Shown in pieces: positions 1-12,972 of a stretch of 64,000 nucleotides of DNA. Under the pieces are notes generated by a model. That model worked only from the letters and a program-made list of their open reading frames with translations. It made no database searches and was not told the origin of the DNA. Position numbers and translations under genes: made by a program. This DNA is from Antedon mediterranea. Lineage: Eukaryota > Animalia > Echinodermata. The number at the start of each line of letters is the position of its first letter. The stretch's first letter is position 1. The DNA lies in assembly GCF_964355755.1 (NCBI RefSeq), contig NC_092673.1:30563648-30627647 (forward strand), read 5' to 3'.

Positions 1-682
1 TACAGACTTGGGGCAAGTCTAAGTTACTCCATTCATGATTGAATATTTTTGTCCACGTGTGACGTTGCCGTGTGTGAGTTTTGGGGATTCCCCTCATCTG
101 TAACCAGAGCATGATTGGTGAAATACGATCACGAGGTACAGTTTTTAAGACGTTGCGGATAATTTGAACGTGTAACGTTCGGCCCGACCTAATCACTCAC
201 GCGGTGTATATTAAAATAAAGTACCAAAATAAAACAGTAATAATTTCTCAAAATTGTCTAACACGATTATGGAGAACTTTTGATATGTTGTTGTTATTTA
301 TAAAATTATTATTCTAAATATGTAAAGAAATTGTAGATCCATGACATCGGAACGAGATGAAACGTTAGAATGTACTGCTTATGGCCTATTAGTATTAGCC
401 CTTAGAACAGCATATCAGTAGCAACCACAACTGCTTTTCGAGCTATAGCAAAAATAGCTGCTATATAGCAGTAAGACTTATCCCTAAGACTTCAATAGCA
501 CAATAACATATCACTAGCAACCACAACTGCTTTTCCAGCTATAATCAGAAATAGCAATATTAGCATAAATAGCATGGTTAAAGCAACAAATAGCAAAAAA
601 AACCTGTAACTGTATGCTACAACACAAGTATAAGCTCTGAAAACTCCAAAATGACCAATCCTCCTGCGCTTTACTCATTATG

Positions 683-901
683 GGTAGGCTAGGCCTCCTA
701 ATCTAGGTAGGCCTAGCTAGGCGCTAGGCCTACTAGGTAGGCTAGGCCTAGGGCCTAAACTAGCCTGCTAGTCTACTAGCCTATACTAGAGGCCTAACTA
801 GCTAGCTAGCTAGGGTACAGCTAGCTAGGCCTACTAGCCTAGCTAGGGCCAGGCCTAGCTAGGGCCCTAGTTAATAAAATGATAGGAAAGGGTAGGCCTA
901 C
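683..901. repeat. CTAG/TAGGCCTA low-complexity palindromic patch
   Basis: Dense run of taggccta, ctagctag and gggccc words with no fixed period. Confidence 0.85.
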
Positions 902-974
902 AGGCTTTACACGCTCTATTCAGAATTAAGAAATCAAGAATACTTTAATGAAATATATAAATTAAATTATTTAC

Positions 975-1041
975 CACCCTGCTGTTCTTTTGTTGTAATA
1001 GGACGTGAAAAATAGGACGGAGGTTTTAAGTTACCCGCCAT
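975..1041 (-). CDS. Possible first coding exon of a divergently transcribed gene continuing left of the window
   Basis: Minus strand reads aacATGGCGG (strong start context, YY1-like motif), open as MAGNLKPPSYFSRPITTKEQQG, then G|GTAAAT donor at 974. No homology recognised. Confidence 0.3.
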
Positions 1042-1686
1042 GTTATTTTGATGTTGTGACAAATTATCAATTGCGCCCCCTATAGTGTAGTTATTTTTCA
1101 ACACTTCTCCCAGTTATTTTTCTTAAAATTATAAATTACAGTCCCTAAATTATTATTTGATTACGTACAAATTTAAAATCGCAATTAATGCACAGTTAAT
1201 ATATAAGCTTATTATTTTCAAATGCCCTATAATGAAACTTTTCTTGATTAAAAATAAAATTAATACGTTTCCACCGTTTGAGCGAAACAAACGTGTTATT
1301 CATTTGCATACAGGAGGGTATATCGTATAAGCGGGATGTTTTGGGTACTTAGCTGACATTCTATGAAACGAAACGCTGTATTTAATATCTTTGAAAACAA
1401 GGTAAGGCTTAAACTATTAGAACATAAATACGTTATACAATTAAGTCACAATTCGCCCGTTAAATGCCTGGAAATAGGGCTGATTTATTTTAGTATCACT
1501 GGTGCTAAAGGAGAGCCCTACAACAGCTGATCCTTTCTTGTCACAACCATGACATGAGACGACGACCGTATCGCAATTCAAGACGAATTTCAAAATACAA
1601 ACATAAAGGCATTACTTAAAGGTTTTTAATAAATCATTATGATGGAAAATAAAATGGTTTATGCAACTATTACCGTTATTATTTAG

Positions 1687-4600
1687 ATGGACAGGGCTTG
1701 GATTGTGGTCGTGTCGTCAATGGCGTTACTTTTTATGACACTTGGTTTCGTGTATTCATTTGGAGAGCTATATGGCCCTATTATGGAAGATTTCAATACA
1801 ACTAAGTCTTTTGTAGGTATGTCGTACGAATTGTGTATAACCATGGATTAAACCTAGGCAATCTAACAACAGGATGCTGAGCTAGTTCCGGAGATCAAGG
1901 GGTTTCTCTGTGGCTGCGACACGATCAGTTCCACGCCCCTCTTAGGATAATATATGTATACATAATACAGTACTGATGGTATTTGTCGCAGCCAGACATA
2001 AGATCAAAGGACTGTTACGAGTTCTTATCATGGCAAGGCGACCTCATTGTCCTGTGTAAGATTTCCTTGGTCTCACAACATATACCGTAAGTCTTTATTA
2101 GGCCTAAGACTGATTAAGTATAGGCCTAAATGAAGTCAACAGTTTTCTACAGTGTATAACAATGTATATACTTTCATAAGACAAACACATATTCAAACAA
2201 ACAAACATGTTTTATTCTAACTGTACAATAACATATTGCCTTCATTTTTAACAGCAAGTGTCGGAGCTGTACAACAGAGTCTGACTTACTTCATAGCTCC
2301 AATCGGTAGCATCATGCTAGAGCACATGGGACACAGACGTACTGTTATACTTGGCCTAATCTTAGGACTGACGGGCTTGTTAGCCTCATCATTTGTATCT
2401 TACATGCACCTAATGTATGTCACATTTGGTTTGTTTGGGACCGGAGCGGCAATGATCGTCAATGCTTGTATCAATATTGTCGGTATGCATTTCAGCAATG
2501 GGAATTCTAGTCGAGCCTTCGCTGTTGTTTCGGTTGGAATTCCATCTGGTAAGAAATTTAGATCACTAATTGTCTTTTGATCATTAAAATAATACCGTTT
2601 TATTGATTCTTGTTGGCATCTTTACTCTTCAGGTATCAAGTCTAAAAGTCGCGGAAGTGTTATCAACCCCACCTCCTCCTCCCCAACAACCCAACTTTTA
2701 CATCCGCCTTAGGTTCCCACTTTTTTGGACACTTTGGCAATGGGACCCGTAAACGCAACCGGATGTAGTTTGACCAGTAACGACGCAATGGATCCAAACA
2801 TCTCAGTCATTGGTCAACTCATTTGCGTTGTGATTACGACGTCGTTGCATTGGGAACCAGGCTATCACGCTTTGGGGGGCCTTCTGCGAACTGTTTTTTA
2901 CGACAGCAACACCCGGGTTTTCCTATACTATAGCATATGACATTATTTTATATTTTTTTTAACAGGTACATTTGCGTTAAATATTTTAGAGGCTTATATT
3001 TACCACGTGTACGGCTGGCGAAAATCGTTGTTTATAATCGCAGGAATCTACCTTGTAATCTCCGCAATAAGTTTGATATCGTTTACGCCACCGTCGTCTG
3101 GTGCCTGGGGAAAAGAACAGTCGAAGAATAGTATCAAACCCGAACATTCAAAACCGGACCTTTTAAAATATTTACGTATATTTTGTCATCTGAAATTTAT
3201 ATTGTTCGAATTGGGAATTGTTTTATTGGGGTTTTCTATATCGTTCCACTACATAGACTTTGTGAGTATTATGCTTATTTCAATGTAATGTAATAGTTTT
3301 GTTTTGTACTGCATGTTATCTCCCTTAAGCTTTGTTCCAACTTGTACCCAACGCTAGGACGTGAGCGCACCGAAAATCTAATTTGATCACGACGTCATGG
3401 ATCATCCCAACTGTTGCTTGAGATTGGTCAACTCACTTGCGCTGCGCCTACTACGTCGTTGCGGCCAAGATTTACAACAATAGGCCTACTACGGTATTCA
3501 CGTAATTTGTAAACATTCCTACTACTACGCAACGCAAGGACGTAGGCGCAATGCAAACGAATTGACCAATAACAAGCGACAGTCGAATAAATCCATCGCT
3601 TGTGATTGATCAAACCCCTTACGTTGCGCTACATAGTTGTTGCGTTTTTAGTGTGGGAACCAAGCAATAGTCTGACAGTTTTGGCGTCTTTTAGTTCAAA
3701 ATGTATGATGTTCGTTAAAAGACAGTCTTTGAGGCCAACTCAGTGATCACTTATCCCTATCCAACTAAAGTTCATATTATAATTCAGTCAATCATTGATA
3801 ATTTCAGGTTTCTGTAATAGATAAGATGATTCACGAAAATAGTTCAGGAACAGTAGCAGTGAGTGTGCTTTCGTTCAGTGATCTCCTGGCACTGATAGCG
3901 TTAGCATGTCTTGGTAACAGACTGCCAAAAATCAGACGTTATATTCTGCCATTGGTTCTACTCATACTCAACATTCCCGCCACCATCTTGTTTTCCTTTG
4001 AGCAGAATGTGTATGCCGTCTATGCAGCCGCTTCTCGTAAGTGACACTTGGACCTGTTTCCCACTGGTGGGACGTAAGTGCAACCAAAGTATTGACCAAA
4101 CACAACCGTCCAGATAGTCCTTTCTTGTGATTGGTCAATTGCCTTGTGTTGCGACCTAGAGTGGGCCAACCAAGATTTAAGGAAATCTCTGCTGATTATT
4201 TATTAGAAGTATATAATAGGCGTATTCCGAAATTAGAATATCAGTTTCAAAATAATATTTAATTATAGCCTATTGAAAACATTGTTTTTAATTCTAGTGA
4301 GTGGAGTCGCTCGTGGGATCTTGCTTGCGGCTCCGTTTTCGTTGGTCCTGGAGATTTTCGGTGCAGAACATGGAAGCGAATGTTTGACCCACACAATCAT
4401 GGCTATTGGAATAGGATCTTTGACAGGACCAATAGCTCTAAGTAAGTAAATAGGCCTACAGGCGCGTACTAGTTTGTGGACCTAAACAGTCCCACTCGGG
4501 GCGCAACGCAAACTGTGTGAGACGTGACGTAAGCGCAACGAAAGTTCTCACTCTAAGCCAAGGCGTTGGTCTCCATGCGTCTAGGAGAGGAACCAAGCTG

Positions 4601-7600
4601 TATTGCGGCCATGCGTTGTGCCTCCTTGCGTATCGCGTCCAAGTAGGCCTAAAGCGTGGTTCCCACTAGCGACGCAGCACAAGAACGTAACGCAACGCAA
4701 GTGAATTGACCAATCACAAGCGATGGCTTATATTCGCTTGTGGTTGCTAACTGTCTATAACTTCGCTTGTCTATTTATTTATTTATTTCGTTTTCTTTTA
4801 GTAGGGTAGCCCTCTCAGTAATAAAATAAAACTGCTCTTCCGAGGGGCCCTACGGCACATTTAAACAAAATTTGAAAACAACTTAAACTAAACTTAAACT
4901 AAAACTTAAACTAAAACTAAACTTCAATGCATGTTCTCATTATTATTATACTTTTATACCATATTTAAATATATTTCACTGGAACCATCCTAGACCACCG
5001 GCAACAATAAATGAATCTTAACAAGTGATTTAAAACGGTTATAATTGTTTTGTTTTCTTAATTCATAAGGTAGGCCATTCCAGAGTGAACTTCCATAATA
5101 AACAAAACTACGTTTGTATATTTCGAGGTTACATCTGGGCAAATACAACAGATTATTTTCATAGTTTCTGGTTTGAATATTGTGTACACTACTAATATAT
5201 CACATAAGTATGAAGGTACAGATTCTTGTAAACATCTAAATATTGTACAAATTGTATGATATTCAATTCTTGTCTTAATTGTTAGCCAACCTAAATCATA
5301 ATGCATTTGTCTAACAGGAGTTCGAATATCAGCACCTAGTATTAATCGTGCAGCTCTATTTTGTACCCTTTGCAATTTTAAAATATGGGCGTTTGAACCA
5401 GTACCCCAGACTGTTGAACAATAGTCAATATGTGATAAAAATAGAGCATTGTATAATCTTTTAATAATTTTAGGAGATGTAAAACTTTTCAATCTATAAA
5501 ATAGATGTAGAATTTTTGATAGTTTTGCACATATAGAATCAATATGTACTTTCCATGAGAGTTGTTCATCAAATGTAAGTCCCAAATGTTTAAACGTTTC
5601 AACTTTCTCAATCGGAATGTTATCAAAAATTACTGTTTCATCTGTTGTTTTATTAACACGTGCATGAGTACCAAAAAGCATGTATTTGGTTTTATCAATG
5701 TTTAGAGTTAATTTATGTTTATCTAACCATTGTTTTACATTTTCCAACTGTTCAGTTAAAACTGTTGTAAGCTCTTCATTTGATTTACATGCATAAAAAA
5801 GCGCAGTGTCGTCTGCATAGAGGACTGTTTTACAAATCCCATCAACACTATCATGTAAGTCATTTATGTATAAAATAAACAACAAAGGGCCAAGAATTGA
5901 GCCTTGTGGTACCCCATAGTTGACATTTAAAATTTCAGATTTTTTTCCATTAAAATTAACAAATTGTTTGCGATTTTTTAAATAATTACTGAACCATGCA
6001 AGCTCAGTGTTTATCATTCCAAAGGTGCATAATTTACGTAATAAAATATCGTGGTCTACCGTATCAAACGCCTTTTTTAGGTCAAGAAAAATTGCTCCAG
6101 TTACCAAGCCATTATCAATATTTTTATATATATAATTGCATACATCTATCAGTGTAGTAGAAGTTGAATGTAACGACCTAAAACCAGATTGATTTTTACA
6201 TAATAAATTAAACTCATTTATATGATTCATAACTTGATTATGGATGCATCTTTCAAAAACTTTCATAACAATAGGTATAACAGATATTGGACGGTAGTTG
6301 TTAAGTTCATGTTTACATCCTCTTTTATAAAGCGGAGTAACCTTAGCACATTTCCATTCACTTGGAATAACACCAGATCTTAATGACCAGTTAAACAAAA
6401 AGGCAAGACTTTGAGAAATTTGTGAAGATGCAATTTTAAGTAACCTAGCGGAAATCCCATCAATTCCAGTAGCTTTTCCAATTTCTAACTTTTCCAACAA
6501 AGCTTCAATTTCATTTCCATTAATATCTTTAAAGTTGAAACGTTGTTGAAATTGTGATAACGATTCAACGGTAATATTGTTTTGGTTGTCATTAAAATGG
6601 GATGCAAGTTCATTAGAAATTGAACAAAAATATTTATTAAAATGATTAGCAATATCAGTTGGATTGTTTATTTCATTACCGTTTACATTGAGAGTTGTTT
6701 TAGTTTGTTTCTTTTTATTGGGTAAAAAGTCTTTCATGGTTTTCCATAATGTTTTAGTGTCATTAACATTATCCTTTAATTTATTATTTATATAGTCGCG
6801 TTTTAGTGATTTAGACAAATTATTTAATTTATTTCTTGCCTTTTTGTAAGAATTCCAATCATCTATGTTCTTAGTTTTTTCGGCTTTTTGTTTTAAATAA
6901 AAAGTCATTGGTTAAACGCTTGCGTTGCGTTTACGTCCTTGCGTTACGTTTACGTCCTTGCGTTACGTTCTAGTGGGAACCAAGCTTGAAGCTGGGTTCC
7001 AACTAGCGACGCAACTGAGTGAAATTAAAGCGATGTTTGCAGCACTGATTGCGTCGTCGGTTCCCACAGGCTCCAACTGATTCAAAATACAGCGGCACGA
7101 GTTGTTAAAAAATTACCAAGATATGGACACATATCAAATACTTTGGAAATATTGCATTGGCTCCCTGTTAGGTACCGCATTGTTTTTAAAATATTACTCT
7201 TTGTTTTCACGCTGCTGCTCTAGCCCGCTACGTCCCATTAGGACTACTCAATCAGAAGCTAAAGCAAGCAGCAGTTATAGTTCTAAGGACAGACAGTTTT
7301 GTGAAAATGGAAACTCCACTATGATTTATTGATTCCAGCTGCTACAGTACACCCAAAAAACGTCTGGGAAAGAGTCTATTAAGACATGTCATGCTAAAAT
7401 TACAAATCCCTAAGCATTTCTGGTATATTCACTGTCAGATATTCATTGAATTATTATCGATACAGTCCATTAAAGTTTGTGTTTGTAATAGGATACTTCA
7501 CAATTGAAATATCTAGGGTGATGAAGTGACCCCCAAATTTGACCTTAGCAATAAAATTAACTAAAGTGACAGAAATTGAGTATTCACTTCTGTAACAAAA

Positions 7601-10600
7601 AAATAATATTTATTCACATATAAAAAAAGAAAAGAAACCCAAAAACCATTGTCTGACTGACAATTTAAGTATTTGTTGCTTTAAATTACATTTTTTCAGG
7701 TAAAATAACTATTATGTGACAATAAAATGACACATTCAAAAACATTTGAAATAAAAAATATTTTTCAATAAGCGAGCAGCGTTTTTTGTAAGAAATATTT
7801 CTTGTTAAGTCTATAAATGGCATGGCTCCTGAATATATTTCTGACATGCTTAGGCTGTATGTGTGCGTTCTAGTGACTCGCTGCTTCTACATCAGCCTAA
7901 GTCTCACCACTCATGGGTTGACAGAGCATTCTCCGTTACTGCTCCTCGTCTGTGGAATGCTCCATAAGATTTTGAAAAACTGTTGATACTTTTTTTTTTC
8001 TTTTGTGGCGCAAACACCACTTTTATTCACATTCATATTATCTCATATTACATAAAATCGTATTATTTAACTTGTAAATGTCGTTACAGTTCATAAGTAA
8101 CATTTTTACATATATGAATTCTGTATTACTCCCTTTTTCATTAATATTCTTATATTTTGTTATACACTTGACAGGATCATCATTATCATCTATCCCGTTT
8201 TAAAATAGTTCACGCATTTTCATTTGTTTGTTTTCATTTTACAACCCGGATTATACAATATATTTATATACATGATAAAAAAAAAAAAAAAAAAAAAAAA
8301 CAATAATAGCTCAGTACCACCAGTAACCCGTGTCACTGTAATTCTTTTTCTGTTAATCGTATCAAATTAGAAATTATATTATCATAATCGTATTTCTTAA
8401 AGCTACCCATTTTTCTATACTTGTTTCTTTATTGTTATATGTTTCACATTCAATGTTATATAACATATTGCTTTTAAATGAATTCCATAAAGATTTACCC
8501 ACTGGCTTATTTAGTGCAGATAACATTTTTATTCTATATATATATTAAATGCTGCAAAAGTGTAAATATAATCTATTAGCTTATCTCCCGTTCCTAGTAT
8601 TAATTGTTTAAATGATATATTATTGTGATTTAAACTTACAAAGATACTAAGAATTTTCCTCCAATATTTCTGAATAAATCTACAACTAAAAAACAAATGA
8701 TTTTCATTTTCAATTTCTCCACATTTGTCACACGTTTGTGTTTCCTTAACTTTCCACTGATACAGCCGTTTGTTGGTAGGCAGTATTCTATGTAACATCT
8801 TATAATTGAATTGTGCTAGTTTCTTATCTTTCATTTTACATACTTTCCGTAACCAAGAAGTTTTCCAATCAATGTTGTTATCATTGAAGTACTCTTCCCA
8901 TTTTAGTTGTGACATTGGAATAATGAAATATTCTTTCACAAACCATGAGTATATTAGTTTGGTAGTATTAATCTCATACTTGGTCCCAACTAATTCATCA
9001 TTATCATCACAATTGAAAATATCTACCTCCTTAATAATACGTTTCCATTGAATTGGTATTGCCTTAATAATGCACAAATACTCATTTAACCAGTTTGTTT
9101 TGCATTGTAGTTTCACCAGTATTTCGTTTGATGTTAAAAAAGTGTTCTTATTAACAATGTCTTTAATACTGATAATGCCACTGTCAATCCAATGCTTGTA
9201 GAAAAGCGATTTTTTTTTTAGTTTAACGTAGTGGTTTCCCCACAGTTGCTCATTCATTATATCGTTATAAGTTTCAGGTTTTTTTTTAGAGATTCTGTTA
9301 TAATTTAACTGTGACACATTCAACGTTATTGTATAATACTTTTACCCAGTTACAAAAGAACATTCCAAAGTTAAACTTTTCTAGAACATTGAACATAAAA
9401 TCTCTACTAATAGAGTCAAAAGCCTTCTTAAAATCTACGGTAATTATTGCCCCTTCGATATCATTACACTCTGTATAATAAAGCAGGTCTTCTATTAACC
9501 GAATGTTTTCACCAGCGAAACGGCCTTTTATATAACCTTTTTGGTCTGAACTTACTATTGATTTAATAACCATTTTAAGTCTGTTACTTAATGCATGTGC
9601 AAGAATTTTGTAATCGGTGTTTACGAGGGTAATGGGACGCCAATTATTCAAATTTTCTCTTTCTCCATCCTTGAACAAAAGGGTGATTACACCTCGTTTT
9701 TGCGAAAAAGATAATTCTTGAGAATTATAACTTTCATTTAACGCATCGCAAATTAAATGTTTAATATTATTCCAAAAGAACACATAAAATTCAACACTTA
9801 GACCATCCGATCCAGGTGTTTTATTTTTTTCCATCATTGAAATGGCCTTTTTACATTCATCAATAGTGACGTAACCTTCACAATTTTCTTTTTCTATTTC
9901 TGAAAGCTTTATAATAGAATTACAAAGGTATTTATTATTTTTTCCAGGGTTTATAACATTTTTTGCGTATAAACCTTCGAAATGTTGTATTTGTTCCTTT
10001 AAAATATCAATTGGGCTCGTTGCTAAGCTCCCATATTTAGTAATTAAACTTTTTATGTGTTTCTTTTTACTTTTGGATCTTTCTAACCCAAGAAAGTATT
10101 TTGTATTCCGCTCGCCTTCCTCTATCCATTTTACTCTGGACCTAATTTGCGCGCCTTTTGCTTCTACATTATAAATGTTTACAAGCTCTATTTTTTTGTT
10201 TTCAATTTTATTTTCAATGGTTATATCACAATTTTGAGTATTCATAATTGTTTCATTTAAGTTTTTTATTTGTTTTTGTAATTTTTCTTTCTTTTTATTC
10301 TGGTTATTATTTTTTTGTTTTCCGTATGCAATTGAAAATTCTTTTATTTTTGTTTTTACAAGCTCCCATAACAAACTTGCACTTACAGGTTCTCTATTAT
10401 TTTTTAGTATTGAAACATCAATTATTTTAATTACTAATTTTGTTGAACATCCATAAACCAGGACCGCGTATTTTTTCATGCAAATCTATTTTAATTAATA
10501 CCGCCGCCTGGTGATCTGTGAGAATAGCTGGACGAATGTCACAGGCTAAAACATCTCCATTTGAAAAGAGATCTTCTGATATTAACCAGTAATCCAGCCT

Positions 10601-12941
10601 ACGGAAAATGTTGTTAAATCTCTTACGCCACGTAAATTGTCGCTTATTCATGTTTTTGGATCTCCAAATATCATTTAAATTTAAATTTTTCATTAGGTTT
10701 TTAATCGTAAAAACAGATTTATCAGACCTATCTGCACTACCTTTTTGGTCAATGTCACTATTCATGATGCAATTCAGATCTCCACCTAGAATGATAGAAT
10801 TACCCTTCCCTCCATCAAAGTCATTGTAACATTTGTGTATGGTCCTAAAGAATGCACTTCTATTTTTGCTTTCATTAGGAGCATAAATATTTATAATGTC
10901 CAATTCCTTTTCATTTATCATTACATTAAGAAATATATATCTTCCATCAATATCAGTTAACTTTTTAACAATTTTGCATTCAAGACCTTTTCGTAATAGT
11001 ATCGACACTCCTCTACTATGTGAATTACCTGTACTATGGATCGCTTCACCTTCCCAAACAAAGTTTGATTTATTAATAATCTCATTTGTTAGATGGGTTT
11101 CCTGAAGCAGACATATATCCGCTTTTTGATCTTTTACCCATTGGAATAGCTTATATTGCTTATTTATATTTCTAGCTCCTCTAACGTTTAGTGTTATACA
11201 ATGTAAATTCATAAGATTAGAGTAAAGAGCTTCCTAGGGAAATTACAATATTTAGAATACATATTATTAAGATTAAATTACTTGTTTTTGTTTCTCTTTC
11301 TTAAACTTCTTTTTTCAATACTCTTTGTTTTTTCTTCTGTCCTGCCTTCATTTCCGGACTGTTCCTTCAGATCTCTCGCTGCTTTCTTGTTTGTGCTAAC
11401 ACTTTTACTTTTTTGCATACTTTTTTCAAAGTAGTCAGTTACCTTCTTCTGTTCATGCTCCTCTCTTTCCCCAACTTCCTGCTCCTCTCTTTCTTCAGCT
11501 TTCTGGTACTTTCTTCCCGGTACTTCTTGTTCCTCTCCTTCTTCAACTTCCTCCTCCTCTCTTTCGTCCACTTCCTGCTCTTCTCTCTGCTCCTCTCTGT
11601 CATCATCTTCCTGCTCATTTTGGTTTGTGTGTTGTTCTATAGTGATCACACGTTTCTTTCTGCGCATTTTCATCATCTGATGATTCACTACTTCCATCAA
11701 TACTAAACACTTCATCATGTGTTGTATCAGATTGTACCGTAGCTCTTTTCCCGTAGTGGTTATCGTTAGCATTATTATTTTGTTGGGTTTTCAAAGTTAA
11801 AAACCGATTCCCAAACTTTATTAATGTATGCACCAGGTGAACCAGATGATGATACATTATGCGCTTCAACATTACATCTGTCCCTAGTATGCCCTGGTAA
11901 ATGACACTTGAAACAGATTATATCAGCTTTGCATTGAAAAGCTAAATGCCCAGTCTTTGTACATTTGTTGCATTTCACTTCCTGACCGTCATGAAAAGCC
12001 CGTGCTCTAAAACCATTTATTATTATCTGTCTTGGTATTGGCGATTTTAGCTTTTCTACAACGACAGCTCTGTCACCGTTTAGCCAGCTGGTTAATTGAC
12101 CATTAACCCTTATTTTTAGCCTTGTAACATCTCCTATTGGTTTGCATCCTAGCGCTTTCAACTTGCTAGCAATCTCTACGTCAGCAACCGATAATGGTAT
12201 ATCCTTTATGACTATTCTCGTTGTTTTCATGTTGTTGTATGCCAAATAAGGATTTTTATCATGAATTGTAATATTACAATTCCTAATGTTTAGTCCATTC
12301 GTAATTAGTTTCACTCTATCATTTCTATTATTTAGATAAATTCGCCATAGGTTCCGTATTTTTTGAACACCGATTATACTTTCTGCAGCAATTATTTTTG
12401 GTAGGGCTATACATAGGTCTTCATCTTTGAAAAAGCTTTTTCCTGTTGGTATTTGATCATCCTTCAAAAAGATTGGCTTCACTACACTACGTTCTTTGTT
12501 TACTGTTTGCCCGTTCATCCTGCTGATTTCGTCACCGTCAGCCTGTGCAGCACTGTACATTCCTTTGTTAGTCTGTTGATACTTTTAAAAAATTATTAAA
12601 AACACATTTATTCATTAAGGCATATGGAAATCATGAGGTTTCTTAAAGTTTTTTAGACTTAGAATTGTTTTGTATACCTTTTCCTGGCCAGCATTATCTT
12701 TGGGGTGCCTCTGTCTTGGTTGTTGTCTCTGAGCACCCGGTCGTCTGTGGCAAGGCAAATGGGTATCCTGCTCCTTTGTTTGGTCACCTAGGTAGGGGTC
12801 CGGGACCGCGACAGAACGACAACGGATGGGGACCCTCCAAAGAAATTGCATTTTATTTGTCAGGAATGTGTATGATTTATTTCTTTTTTATTTTTAAATG
12901 CGCCTTGAGCACTCTGGAGTGGTATGTGCGCTATAAAAATC

Positions 12942-12972
<31 letters not shown>

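Larger units (their letters stand above)
7994..12572 (-). mobile_element. Tx1/L1-clade non-LTR retrotransposon, near full-length but frameshifted and internally deleted, 14-bp TSD
   Basis: TSD CTGTTGATACTTTT at 7980-7993 and 12573-12586. Poly(A) tail (plus-strand T-run ~7990-8004) with AATAAA ~8022-8027 on minus. ORF1 and ORF2 remnants listed separately. Confidence 0.93.

Noticed and set aside
83-93. NF-kB-like site GGGGATTCCCC
   Set aside because: The same word occurs inside a transposon (~38210); no evidence of function.
6906-6908. Start codon of a 616-aa RT gene
   Set aside because: The ATG comes from flanking MITE sequence; the LINE is 5'-truncated and frameshifted near its 3' end.
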